IMG/VR virus record: IMGVR_UViG_3300044644_000945
Span: 24,325-88,324 of that record
DNA length: 64,000 nucleotides
Direction: 5' to 3' (one strand)
Source of the DNA: a virus
Part shown: positions 45,578-54,931 of the stretch, piece by piece
Position numbering within the stretch: position 1 is the first letter of the stretch
How the letters are laid out: each line of letters starts with the position of its first letter
Translations under genes and position numbers: made by a program
The notes under the pieces: generated by a model
What the model was told of the DNA's origin: nothing
The model's input: only the letters and a program-made list of their open reading frames with translations
Database searches by the model: none

Positions 45578-46015
45578 ATGGACTTTACATCAGGATCATA
45601 TAAATTAAAAAGACCAGCAAGTTCAGCTGGATCTTCACTTGAATCACAAACTGCTGCTTGTGTTACTGAGTTAATGAATGCAGCAACAAGTTTTCATAAA
45701 ATGCACTTAAAGATTACAGGTCTTGGATCATATGCAGGACACAAAGCTTTGAATGAATTATATGATGCATTACCAGGACATGCTGATACTTTAGCAGAAG
45801 GATTCCAAGGTGCTGCAGAAAAATTATTAAATTATGAAGATTCTGCTCCAAGAGTTTTGAATTCTGTAGAAGAATCATTATCTTATATAAGAGAATTGTG
45901 TCAACAAGTTTGTTCATTGCAGGCAGTTATGCCATACAGTGAAATTGTAAATGACCTTGATATGATCAAAAGTACAATGAATAGTGTTAAATATAAATTA
46001 CTATTCCTTAAATAA
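45578..46015 (+). CDS. Ferritin/Dps-like four-helix-bundle protein
   Basis: FHKMHL...SYAGHKALNELYD...DTLAE.FQG...YKLLFLK. Confidence 0.7.
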   Translation: MDFTSGSYKLKRPASSAGSSLESQTAACVTELMNAATSFHKMHLKITGLGSYAGHKALNELYDALPGHADTLAEGFQGAAEKLLNYEDSAPRVLNSVEESLSYIRELCQQVCSLQAVMPYSEIVNDLDMIKSTMNSVKYKLLFLK

Positions 46016-46048
46016 TAAATGTATTATTAACCTTAAATATTTTATAAA

Positions 46049-47668
46049 ATGGCTTATTTTCCACATGCATTTCAAAAAATGCTCGTAGCAGGAAGCTTCC
46101 AGACAACAACTGGTATTGCTAGTTCTGCTTTAACTGCTGGACAAGTAGGTGTATTTAATGCTAACACCAACTTGACTGTTGATGCAACATTAACTACAAA
46201 TGCTTATCAAGTAAATCCTTTAGTGTATATTGCACAAGGAAGTTATCACACTGTTGATAAATTGGGACCTTATCATGGAGGTTACAAAGAATCAGTAAAA
46301 TCAAAAGGGATCAACCCTAAGTACATTAGTGCATACTATGTAACTGAACCATCTAATCCAGTACAAGATATTGTACAAATAGCTGCTACTGCTGGATGTG
46401 CTGTTACTTGTAACACTACTTACAGATTAAGACTTGATCTTAAAGGTTCTCCTGCATTGCGTTTCTTAACTCACAATGCTTACTTTACATTAGATGCTGA
46501 CACAGGATGCTGTGATTCATCTAACAACAACGTAGATCCAAACATTGTATTGTTAGGATGGGCAGACAGATTGGCTTTATACCCAACTGTTAAAGATTTT
46601 GTACAAGGTAGAGTATGGAACAGAGTATTATTGTCTACAGGTCTTGGTGCTACAGCTACAGCTACTGCTGCAAATGCATTGACAGTATCTGATAGAACAG
46701 GTATTGCTGCTGGTGATAGAGTTGTGTTTACTCCAACTACTGCTACTTCTGCAACTGGTTCTACTATTGCAGGTAACTTGTTTACTGTAGGTACTGCAAC
46801 TAACACAATCTTCTCTGTAGGTCAAGTACTTACTGGAACTGGTGTTGCTGCTGGTACAACTATTGTATCTCGTGTATCTGGTGGTGGTGGTACAGGTTCA
46901 ACTTTCTTAGTTAACATTTCACAAACTGTTGCATCTACTCCTATTAGTTCTACATCTCCTGTAATTGCTTATGTAATTTCAAGTTACACTGCTGCTACTG
47001 GTTCTGGTGCTGTTGCTTTAGTTGCTGCTGATACTATTCAAACTCCAAGTTCAACTGCTATAAGTAATGTTACAACTACTATTATAACTCCAAAAATTTA
47101 TGATGTAATTAGCTCTGCAACTTATGTTCCTTTAACAGGTGCTACTGCTCCTGACACAGTTGAGTCTTTCTTAGAAATTGTTGGTGCTTATGTAGATACT
47201 GTATTTGGTGACTGTTCTTTTGCTCCAAGAGATCACGTAGAATTACAACCAATTGAAATCTACGCTTCTCTTACTGCATTAGATCCATTAGGAAACCAAT
47301 GTTTAGCTCAATGTTTTGTTCCTACTGAAACTCAACAAGCTATCCAAGGTAGAGGTTTTGGTGAAACTCTTATCAGAGAGTTAATCTTAGCTAAGAGATA
47401 CCAACAAGAACCATGGATCCAAGATCCACGTTTAAGAGAGGTTCTTGATTATAATCCTTTCACTGAGATTACACGTGGTAACAAATATGTTGTTTACAAC
47501 ATCTTACACAGTGTTCCACGTAAAGCTAATCCAACAGGAATGATGGATAATGATCAATACTTGGTAAGAATTGTTACTGCAACACGTAATGCTACTTTTG
47601 AAGGTATCTTTACAAACTTGTTAGACTCTGCAAACAATCATGATGTAAATCTTGTATTGCAACCATAA
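46049..47668 (+). CDS. Virion structural protein with Thr/Ala/Gly-rich insertion
   Basis: High-expression codon bias, own terminator, central GQVLTGTGVAAGTTI-type segment. Confidence 0.6.
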   Translation: MAYFPHAFQKMLVAGSFQTTTGIASSALTAGQVGVFNANTNLTVDATLTTNAYQVNPLVYIAQGSYHTVDKLGPYHGGYKESVKSKGINPKYISAYYVTEPSNPVQDIVQIAATAGCAVTCNTTYRLRLDLKGSPALRFLTHNAYFTLDADTGCCDSSNNNVDPNIVLLGWADRLALYPTVKDFVQGRVWNRVLLSTGLGATATATAANALTVSDRTGIAAGDRVVFTPTTATSATGSTIAGNLFTVGTATNTIFSVGQVLTGTGVAAGTTIVSRVSGGGGTGSTFLVNISQTVASTPISSTSPVIAYVISSYTAATGSGAVALVAADTIQTPSSTAISNVTTTIITPKIYDVISSATYVPLTGATAPDTVESFLEIVGAYVDTVFGDCSFAPRDHVELQPIEIYASLTALDPLGNQCLAQCFVPTETQQAIQGRGFGETLIRELILAKRYQQEPWIQDPRLREVLDYNPFTEITRGNKYVVYNILHSVPRKANPTGMMDNDQYLVRIVTATRNATFEGIFTNLLDSANNHDVNLVLQP

Positions 47669-47689
47669 TACTGCAAAGTATATAAATAT

Positions 47690-47722
47690 AAAAGAGGAAG
47701 TATTAATTTGCTTCCTCTTTTT
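47690..47722 (+). terminator. Intrinsic terminator
   Basis: aaaagaggaag/cttcctctttt. Confidence 0.75.
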
Positions 47723-47742
47723 GTTTTATTAAAATATTTTTT

Positions 47743-47758
47743 GTAAATTCTTATTGTA
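47743..47758 (+). promoter_or_regulatory. Repeated motif GTAAATTCTTAWTGTA (copy 1)
   Basis: 15/16 match to 56240-56255; both intergenic. Confidence 0.45.
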
Positions 47759-47781
47759 ATGATACTTATAATAAACCAGTT

Positions 47782-48348
47782 ATGGCAATTAAACACACCC
47801 TTGCATTAGACATTCCAGATACAGCTTGTGAAAATATTATAAGAATATTAGATGCATCTGTATATGGAGAAGGACTTGATATTGATTGTCCTAGACTTGA
47901 CATATATTTACCAGGATTTTCTATTCCAATTTATTATACTGAAGATGATGGTTTAGCACCAAATTTTATATTAAATTTGTCTACATCAGATTTAGGTATA
48001 ACAGCAGCAAATACTGATCCTGGAACATTTCCTGATGGACTATATACAATAAGATACAGTGTATCACCAAATGATTTAGTGTATGTACAATATTATCATT
48101 TAAGAGTAACGCATTTAATGAATACTTACTATAGAGAGGTATGTAAAATTCAATTGCAAGCGTGTGAACCTACTGCAGAACAACATCAAAAAATGCATGA
48201 TTTGAGATATATCAAGATGTATATTGATGCAGCAAAAGCAAAGGCAGAATATTGCCATGCTCCAACACAAGCAGTAGAGATGTATACATATGCAGAAAAG
48301 CTTCTCGCCAAGTATTTAACAGGATGTTGCGTAACATGTAATCATTAA
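47782..48348 (+). CDS. Putative virion structural protein
   Basis: FPDGLYTIRYSVSPN motif; Cys-rich C-terminus. Confidence 0.6.
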   Translation: MAIKHTLALDIPDTACENIIRILDASVYGEGLDIDCPRLDIYLPGFSIPIYYTEDDGLAPNFILNLSTSDLGITAANTDPGTFPDGLYTIRYSVSPNDLVYVQYYHLRVTHLMNTYYREVCKIQLQACEPTAEQHQKMHDLRYIKMYIDAAKAKAEYCHAPTQAVEMYTYAEKLLAKYLTGCCVTCNH

Positions 48349-48370
48349 TAACCTTTAAATATTAAACCAA

Positions 48371-48535
48371 ATGGCACAATGTAGTAACTGTCAAGCACAA
48401 CTAGGTTGTGGTTGTCAAACAAGAAAAGCATCAAATGGTGCATCAGTATGTGTAAATTGTTTAAGCACATATGAACAAGCATTAGTTGTTAATAGCAACA
48501 ATCAAAGATTACAAGATCATAAAACAAACAAGTAG
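48371..48535 (+). CDS. Small Cys-rich protein (54 aa)
   Basis: Hand-translated MAQCSNCQAQLGCGCQ...CVNC. Confidence 0.6.
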   Translation: MAQCSNCQAQLGCGCQTRKASNGASVCVNCLSTYEQALVVNSNNQRLQDHKTNK

Positions 48536-48760
48536 ATGGATGCTCTTATACGTATAAATGAAGTATTTGCTGAATCTGTATACGCATCTTATAAAAGAAA
48601 GCGTTATGGATTAAAAACTTGTTCTGCACTTATTGATGAAGAATTTGCAGATGACTTACGCAATCTTCTTATACGTGGAAGAGAAATGGAATTGTGTGCA
48701 TGCGTAATGCCTGCTGCGTGTAGTTTATCAAAACTTGAAGAAAAAATAAATACAATATAA
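48536..48760 (+). CDS. Hypothetical protein
   Basis: 74-aa ORF, coupled. Confidence 0.55.
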   Translation: MDALIRINEVFAESVYASYKRKRYGLKTCSALIDEEFADDLRNLLIRGREMELCACVMPAACSLSKLEEKINTI

Positions 48761-50382
48761 TGGCAACACCAATAACTACTCCAGGATCTAATAGAGATAA
48801 CTGTCCTAAAATATCTACATCATGTGTGATATGGCAGGGTCCAAATATTCCTTGTATAGATTTATGTGCTGGAGATTCTATAGATGAAGTTGTATTTAAA
48901 CTTGCAACATTATTATGCGATGTTACTGAAAATATACTTGATGTTACAACACTAGAATTTGCTTGTTTTATACAAGCAGGTGTTGAAGAACCTCAAACTT
49001 TAAAGCAACTATTACAACTTATTATAAATAAAGTTTGTTATTTAGAAGCTAATGGAGGAGGTTCAGGTTCTGGTTCAGGAAATGAAGCAAGAGGTGGAGG
49101 TAATGCAGAATCAAATACATATGTAGACTTACCTCCATGTTTATATTTTACAAATGAAGATGGAGATCTTGTAACTACAATGCTTTTTACAGATTATCTT
49201 TTATATTTAGCAAATACTATATGTACAGTCATATTAGATATTAATAATATTAACTCTAATGTATCAATACTTGCAAGTAATGTGGCAACTTTACAACTTC
49301 AAGTTGCTAACTTACAATCATATACATATGAGATATTTGTAACTTCTCAATGTGCAAGTGCTCCTACACCAGGACAAACATTATTAATACAAGATGCTTT
49401 TGCAAATTTAGAAGCATCTTATTGCAATTTACAAAGCAGCGTAGGTTTATCTACACAATTAATTGCAGCAATAAATGCACAATGCCCTTCATTACCAGGT
49501 TTGCCTGTATTATTTGGTACAGGAACAATGGGTAGTATACCAGGATGGGTTGATACACCTATAACAGTTGCAGATACTATAAACAATTTATGGTTAACTG
49601 TATGTGATATGAGAAATAAACTTGTAAATTATTTTTCATTACCTCCTGTATTACCATGTGTATTAGCTGTACCAGAAAATGTTACAGTGTTAACAGTAGG
49701 TACAGCATATTCAACAATTACTTGGACTGCACCTAGTTTATCTGGAATTGAAGTACCTACAGGATATAGAATAGAAGTGTTTGAATGGACAGGTACAGCA
49801 CCAACTGGACCATCAGTATTTGATAATACTTATTCAGCTACTACTTTTACTACAAATATAGCATCAACAAGTATTGTTTTAGGTACAGAATATGTGGTGT
49901 ATGTTCATGCAATATATTCTTGTGGTGAATCAAATGGTGCACCTGTAGTTAGTGATTTATTAGTACCTGCTGTATTATTTTATGTTAATGTTGGACAAAC
50001 AAACCTGCCAACTGGTACTACATATTGTATTGAAAGTGGTTTACCAGTTGCATATACAACTCAAAACATAACAACAGATGTTGAATTAGTAAATGCTACT
50101 ACAGGACTTCCAGTAACAAATACATATACTTATAATATTGAAGTTACATTAAGATATGCAGTTTTAAGTTGTTCATTTTATGGAACAGCTTATATAGATG
50201 TAGTAATACCTATAACTCCTGGTAATTCAATAGGAACTTATACATATGAATCTGAAACTTATAATAATTGTGGTACTGCTTTATGTACTGTAGTAAATAC
50301 AACACTAGATTGTGGAGTATCAATTAATGATATGAATACAGAGTTTAATCCTTTAAGTAGTTTTCCAGTTTGTGGAGTATAA
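48760..50382 (+). CDS. Cys-rich fibre-like protein with coiled coil and FN3 domain
   Basis: N-terminal CVIWQGPNIPC; heptad segment; PENVTV...ITWTAP...GYRIEV...YVVYVHA FN3 pattern. Confidence 0.65.
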   Translation: MATPITTPGSNRDNCPKISTSCVIWQGPNIPCIDLCAGDSIDEVVFKLATLLCDVTENILDVTTLEFACFIQAGVEEPQTLKQLLQLIINKVCYLEANGGGSGSGSGNEARGGGNAESNTYVDLPPCLYFTNEDGDLVTTMLFTDYLLYLANTICTVILDINNINSNVSILASNVATLQLQVANLQSYTYEIFVTSQCASAPTPGQTLLIQDAFANLEASYCNLQSSVGLSTQLIAAINAQCPSLPGLPVLFGTGTMGSIPGWVDTPITVADTINNLWLTVCDMRNKLVNYFSLPPVLPCVLAVPENVTVLTVGTAYSTITWTAPSLSGIEVPTGYRIEVFEWTGTAPTGPSVFDNTYSATTFTTNIASTSIVLGTEYVVYVHAIYSCGESNGAPVVSDLLVPAVLFYVNVGQTNLPTGTTYCIESGLPVAYTTQNITTDVELVNATTGLPVTNTYTYNIEVTLRYAVLSCSFYGTAYIDVVIPITPGNSIGTYTYESETYNNCGTALCTVVNTTLDCGVSINDMNTEFNPLSSFPVCGV

Positions 50383-50410
50383 TAAAAAATAATAAATAAA
50401 TAATAAATAT

Positions 50411-51058
50411 ATGTCTTGTACTAACCCTAATTGTAATCCTGGATGTGGCTGTAATAATTGCTGTCCTCCAGTTCCACCACCAGTTCCACCTACACCTCCT
50501 ATATGTATAGGTGAAAATTGTGTTGAACATTATGATGGTGCTTGTGTAATATATACAGGTCCAAGCATTACTTGTGTAGGTATTCAAACTAACAATAGTA
50601 TAAATACTATTATACAAACTTTAGCAACTAGAATTTGTAATTGTTGTTTAAATGATATTTTAATAATTGAAAAATCAGCAAGCAATTTAACTCCAGTTGT
50701 TAATTCTGAATTGACATTTACAATTGTTGTAACTAATACAACTAATGTAAATGTTACAAATGTTATTGTTACAGATGTATTAGATGAATGTTTTGAATTG
50801 GTAAGTCATACTGTTACAAATGGTACATGGAATGCACCTACTTGGACAATTGGTACAATGGCAGCTTTACAAGTTTCTACATTAACAATAGTTGTAAAAC
50901 CTACATGTTATGGTTCATATGAAAATGTTGCAACATTAACTTCTGATCAAACAGAAGAATTAGAATCAAGTGTTACTGTTTGTACAAATTGTTGTCAAAA
51001 TCCATTAACAGAATTATTAAATAGAAGTCTGTTACCAACAACTGAATTTTATGAGTAA
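50411..51058 (+). CDS. Cys-rich protein with DUF11 Ig-like domain
   Basis: CVIYTG N-terminal motif; IEKSAS..PVV...TFTIVVTN...NVIVTDVL...WTIG. Confidence 0.7.
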   Translation: MSCTNPNCNPGCGCNNCCPPVPPPVPPTPPICIGENCVEHYDGACVIYTGPSITCVGIQTNNSINTIIQTLATRICNCCLNDILIIEKSASNLTPVVNSELTFTIVVTNTTNVNVTNVIVTDVLDECFELVSHTVTNGTWNAPTWTIGTMAALQVSTLTIVVKPTCYGSYENVATLTSDQTEELESSVTVCTNCCQNPLTELLNRSLLPTTEFYE

Positions 51059-51116
51059 AAAGGATGGTAGAGAAGAAATATCTAAATGATTATTAACAAT
51101 TAAAAAAATAAATAAA

Positions 51117-51197
51117 ATGAGCAATCCAGTATCAACTTGTGTGAATCCTTTAATAGCATTATTAAACAGATCACTTTTACCAAGTACAACACCTTAA
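51117..51197 (+). CDS. 26-aa mini-ORF repeating the C-terminal motif of the upstream gene
   Basis: MSNPVSTCVNPLIALLNRSLLPSTTP with an A-rich leader. Confidence 0.45.
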   Translation: MSNPVSTCVNPLIALLNRSLLPSTTP

Positions 51198-51222
51198 TAT
51201 TAATTATAAAAATAAAAATAAA

Positions 51223-51816
51223 ATGGCTGATTTAAACACTATTAAAGCTAACATAGAAACATACCTTGATGCAGGGTTTTTTGATGTAGAATGTAACACA
51301 TGTTGTCCTGAATGTGGAAACATTTATGTATTTGCAAATGCAGAAATATTTTTAACATGGGCAGAAGCTGTAGGAGCAACAGTTAATCCTGGAGATGATC
51401 CTATTATTTCAGAAACTCCATGTTGCTATGAAAGATGTATTACAGAATTATACGAGTATGTAGGTTCTGCAGAAAACATTGAAAGAATATTAGATACTGG
51501 AATTGCAGAATATTCTACAATACAAGGAAAATCTTTTGTATGTCTTTTATTAGATTTTGCTGATGAAAATGATTTATCTGGAGATGATTTAACAGAATTA
51601 CTTTTGTCTATTCTTGATTTAGGTATTGTTGTTAGTTGCATTAATGGTAACACAGTAGTATCTAGTGTATCAGAGTGGACTAAATGGGCACAAGCAGCAT
51701 TAGAAAGTCCTATTATTACGTGTAAAAATGCTTGTTGTTTAACTACAACAGGTGGCTTACTAAAAAATTTACAACTTGCTGAGGCATTAGGATGGCTTCC
51801 TAATAATGGAGGATAA
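51223..51816 (+). CDS. Acidic Cys-rich protein with internal LDxG repeats
   Basis: YLDAG / ILDTG / ILDLG repeats, CC pairs. Confidence 0.6.
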   Translation: MADLNTIKANIETYLDAGFFDVECNTCCPECGNIYVFANAEIFLTWAEAVGATVNPGDDPIISETPCCYERCITELYEYVGSAENIERILDTGIAEYSTIQGKSFVCLLLDFADENDLSGDDLTELLLSILDLGIVVSCINGNTVVSSVSEWTKWAQAALESPIITCKNACCLTTTGGLLKNLQLAEALGWLPNNGG

Positions 51817-51846
51817 TTAATATCAAACTAACAATATAAAACTAGC

Positions 51847-54813
51847 ATGTATCCAAATAATAACTGCAATGATTGTCCTGATTGTCCTGGTACTATAACA
51901 CCATTACCACTTCCAGATTTATCTGGACTTTGTGGTGATGAGTATAATGCTGCTTGTGTAATATATACAGGTGAAGATATAGATTGTTTGGGTATAGAAT
52001 CAGGAATGACTTTCTTAGAAGTATTAAACATTTTTAATAATGCATTGCCTATATGTGATTGTTGTGAAAAAATACCACAAAATTGTGTAGTTAGTGGATG
52101 GGGACCATGGGGTCCATGTGAATGTTATTATGAAGATGAGTTATTAGTATGTGGTAGAAGAAAACGTGAAAAAACTATTATCACTCCTCCTGCAAATGGT
52201 GGTACTCCTTGTCCACCTTTAGTTGAATATGAACCATGTGATGTTCCAGATGTATGTTTTACTTTTGGTAGTTATATATGTGACACAGATCCTAACTCTA
52301 CACAAATATTAGAATCTCCTGCAGGTTTGTTTAATGGTAAACCATATTATTTGTTAGAATTTGATTGTGAAGCTTCTGATCTTTATGTTTGGTATAACAG
52401 TACTACATTATTATGGCATATAACACCTGTTTTGGGTACTACTAATGCTTTATATCAAACATTAAATAATGGTGGTAACTATTTACCAATAAGTAATAAT
52501 ACTACACAAAGATGGAGTTTTGTTGAAGGAGGTAATAATTATTTAATTACTACACAGACAACAACATGTCCTGATGTAAATATTTGTTTTGAATTTTATT
52601 GGGCAGATGAAAATTTTGGAGATTTAACTTTTTATGCAAACATTGCGCCTATAAATTTAGGTGAAGGAAGTTATCCTATTTATAATTGGTCATATGAAGT
52701 ACCAGAACCAGGTGGTCCAATAGTATTAGATATTACTGTTTCATACGATCTTACTGAACAAAAATGGGTTTTTATAGTTCAAGATAATATGGGTGGAGAT
52801 CCTTTAATATGGAGCACTTTAGATACAAATACTTTTTATCCTTTTAGTACAACAACTATTGAGTGGCAATCAGTTGAAAACATAGAAGTTTATTATCTTG
52901 AAATGGTATCATCAACACAAGATGCTTGTGTTCAACCACCAGATGTTGATTGTGTATGGACTTGTACAGCTTGGAGTGCTTGTAATGCAGGTTGTACACA
53001 AACGCGTGTTTGTACTATAACTACACAAGCTTCAGGTAATGGTGTATGTTTACCATCACCTCCTACACAGCAATCATGTTGTGAACCAAGTTGTCCTCAA
53101 CCTCTTTCTCCTACTGTAGTTATATCTGGTACTAATGTACTTGTAACATTTACAGCTGTACCTGGCGCAGTAGGTTATACTTTAACATATAGTGCTACAG
53201 GTGGTAATCCTACATCATTATCAAGTTCATTACCATCATTTAGTTTTCCATGGGTGTGTGGTGTAACTTACAATGGTTCTATTACTACAAATTGTGGAAC
53301 TTTAACTAGTGACCCTACAAATTTTATTATTGAAATACCACCATGTCCTCAACCTCAGTTGTGTAATGGCGATCCTTTAAGATTTGTTTTAGGTAATGTA
53401 AATACTCCACGATCAGGTATAATAAAAATAGAAAGTGCTGCTGGGGATCTTAATCCAGCATTTCCTGTTTTAAATAATTCTAGTGGTACACAACCTAATA
53501 ATCCAACTTTTTATACTTCTGAACTTGCACAAGATGGTATTTTTATTGGTACTCTAGTAAACATTAATGTATCTGATCAAAATGGTGCATACTCATCACC
53601 TGCTATAATAAAATTAAATTGTAGTTCTACATCTTCAATATTTCTTGGTGAAATAAATAGAACTTTTAATGCAGGAGGCTCTTTTCAAGCATTTGGACCA
53701 GCTACAGGAGCAACATATGTTCCAATAGTACGTGCAATAAAATATCATAAACCTACAAATACTATATATGTAGGAGGATTGTTTGGTAAATATAAAGGTG
53801 TCTCATGTTCAAGAAATCTTGTATGTTTAGATGCTACTACAGGTGCAATTAAACCAACAAGTTATTTTAAATTAGGGATTCCAGGAATAGGTGAATTTAA
53901 TCCAGTCATTAATCCTGAACCTCGTGTATATGATATTCAATTTGATGAATCAGATCCTTTAAGTACAAAATTAGTAATAGCAGGAGCATTTAATGCTCAT
54001 ACAAGTTCTACTAATGTAGTTACTCTAGTACACAACATAGTAAGAATTAATTTAGATGGAACAATTGATCCAACATTTGCTATTACAAATACAAGTTTTT
54101 CTGCACAACAATCTCAACGTGATACTAGTTCTGGACTCATAATAGCTCCTTCATTTGTAAAAACAATATATGTTGATGCAATAGGTGACATATATGCAGG
54201 TGGAGCTTTTTATACTTATAAGGGATCACCTGCATATAATATTGTTAAAATTAAAAAGAATGGAAATAAAGCTCCAAGTTCAGAATTTTTAACTGGATCA
54301 GGATTTGCAACAATAACAAGTTTAGGTGCTATTACTAATTCAGGTTGGTTTAGACCATGGCTAGATGGAACAATAAATTATGGCACACCTACAACAACAC
54401 AACATGGAGTATCTGTAGATAAAATAGTACCTCATATAAATGGAATATTAGTAACAGGTAATTTTGCAATGTATAATAGTTTTGATGTTCCTGTTGATAG
54501 AGCAAATGGTTTAATTAAACTTAACATTGATGGATCAAAAGATACATCTTTTACTATTGATGATACAACAGTTTTACCAACTTTTTCTCTTAATACAACA
54601 GGTAGATGTGGGTATGATGTACGTGTTCTCAATGACAATAGCATTTTATTTGCAGGATATTTAACAACTTATCTAGGAACGCCAGGTGGTTCAAAAGGAT
54701 ATTATATTCTTAACTCTGATGGAACTGTCAATGGTACTTATTCATTTACTGCAACACCTCCTTCTGGTGGATTACCTATATTTTTTAATCATATTGCATC
54801 ATATTTTTATTAA
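51847..54813 (+). CDS. Fibre/receptor-binding-like protein: TSP1 repeats, FN3-like domain, Delta-60-type beta-propeller repeats
   Basis: CVVSGWGPWGPC...PPANGGTPCP; WSACNAGC; IVRINLDGTIDPTF, LIKLNIDGSKDTSF. Confidence 0.7.
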   Translation: MYPNNNCNDCPDCPGTITPLPLPDLSGLCGDEYNAACVIYTGEDIDCLGIESGMTFLEVLNIFNNALPICDCCEKIPQNCVVSGWGPWGPCECYYEDELLVCGRRKREKTIITPPANGGTPCPPLVEYEPCDVPDVCFTFGSYICDTDPNSTQILESPAGLFNGKPYYLLEFDCEASDLYVWYNSTTLLWHITPVLGTTNALYQTLNNGGNYLPISNNTTQRWSFVEGGNNYLITTQTTTCPDVNICFEFYWADENFGDLTFYANIAPINLGEGSYPIYNWSYEVPEPGGPIVLDITVSYDLTEQKWVFIVQDNMGGDPLIWSTLDTNTFYPFSTTTIEWQSVENIEVYYLEMVSSTQDACVQPPDVDCVWTCTAWSACNAGCTQTRVCTITTQASGNGVCLPSPPTQQSCCEPSCPQPLSPTVVISGTNVLVTFTAVPGAVGYTLTYSATGGNPTSLSSSLPSFSFPWVCGVTYNGSITTNCGTLTSDPTNFIIEIPPCPQPQLCNGDPLRFVLGNVNTPRSGIIKIESAAGDLNPAFPVLNNSSGTQPNNPTFYTSELAQDGIFIGTLVNINVSDQNGAYSSPAIIKLNCSSTSSIFLGEINRTFNAGGSFQAFGPATGATYVPIVRAIKYHKPTNTIYVGGLFGKYKGVSCSRNLVCLDATTGAIKPTSYFKLGIPGIGEFNPVINPEPRVYDIQFDESDPLSTKLVIAGAFNAHTSSTNVVTLVHNIVRINLDGTIDPTFAITNTSFSAQQSQRDTSSGLIIAPSFVKTIYVDAIGDIYAGGAFYTYKGSPAYNIVKIKKNGNKAPSSEFLTGSGFATITSLGAITNSGWFRPWLDGTINYGTPTTTQHGVSVDKIVPHINGILVTGNFAMYNSFDVPVDRANGLIKLNIDGSKDTSFTIDDTTVLPTFSLNTTGRCGYDVRVLNDNSILFAGYLTTYLGTPGGSKGYYILNSDGTVNGTYSFTATPPSGGLPIFFNHIASYFY

Positions 54814-54853
54814 TATTATCAGAAATGGTTTGTTGGTTTTCCATATTCTGAGG

Positions 54854-54888
54854 AACTTCCCTCGCTGTTATGCGAGGGTTGTTTTTTT
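54854..54888 (+). terminator. Intrinsic terminator
   Basis: ccctcgc/gcgaggg stem + T-run. Confidence 0.75.
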
Positions 54889-54903
54889 ATAAAAACTTTT
54901 TAC

Positions 54904-54911
54904 TACATTTG
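54904..54911 (+). promoter_or_regulatory. Bacteroidota -7 element TACATTTG
   Basis: TAnnTTTG 20 nt before ATG 54932. Confidence 0.5.
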
Positions 54912-54931
54912 TATAACTCTAAATAATTGAT

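Noticed and set aside
51040-51120. Frameshift or read-through joining 50411-51058 to the mini-ORF
   Set aside because: There is no slippery heptamer, and both alternative frames hit stops before 51117.
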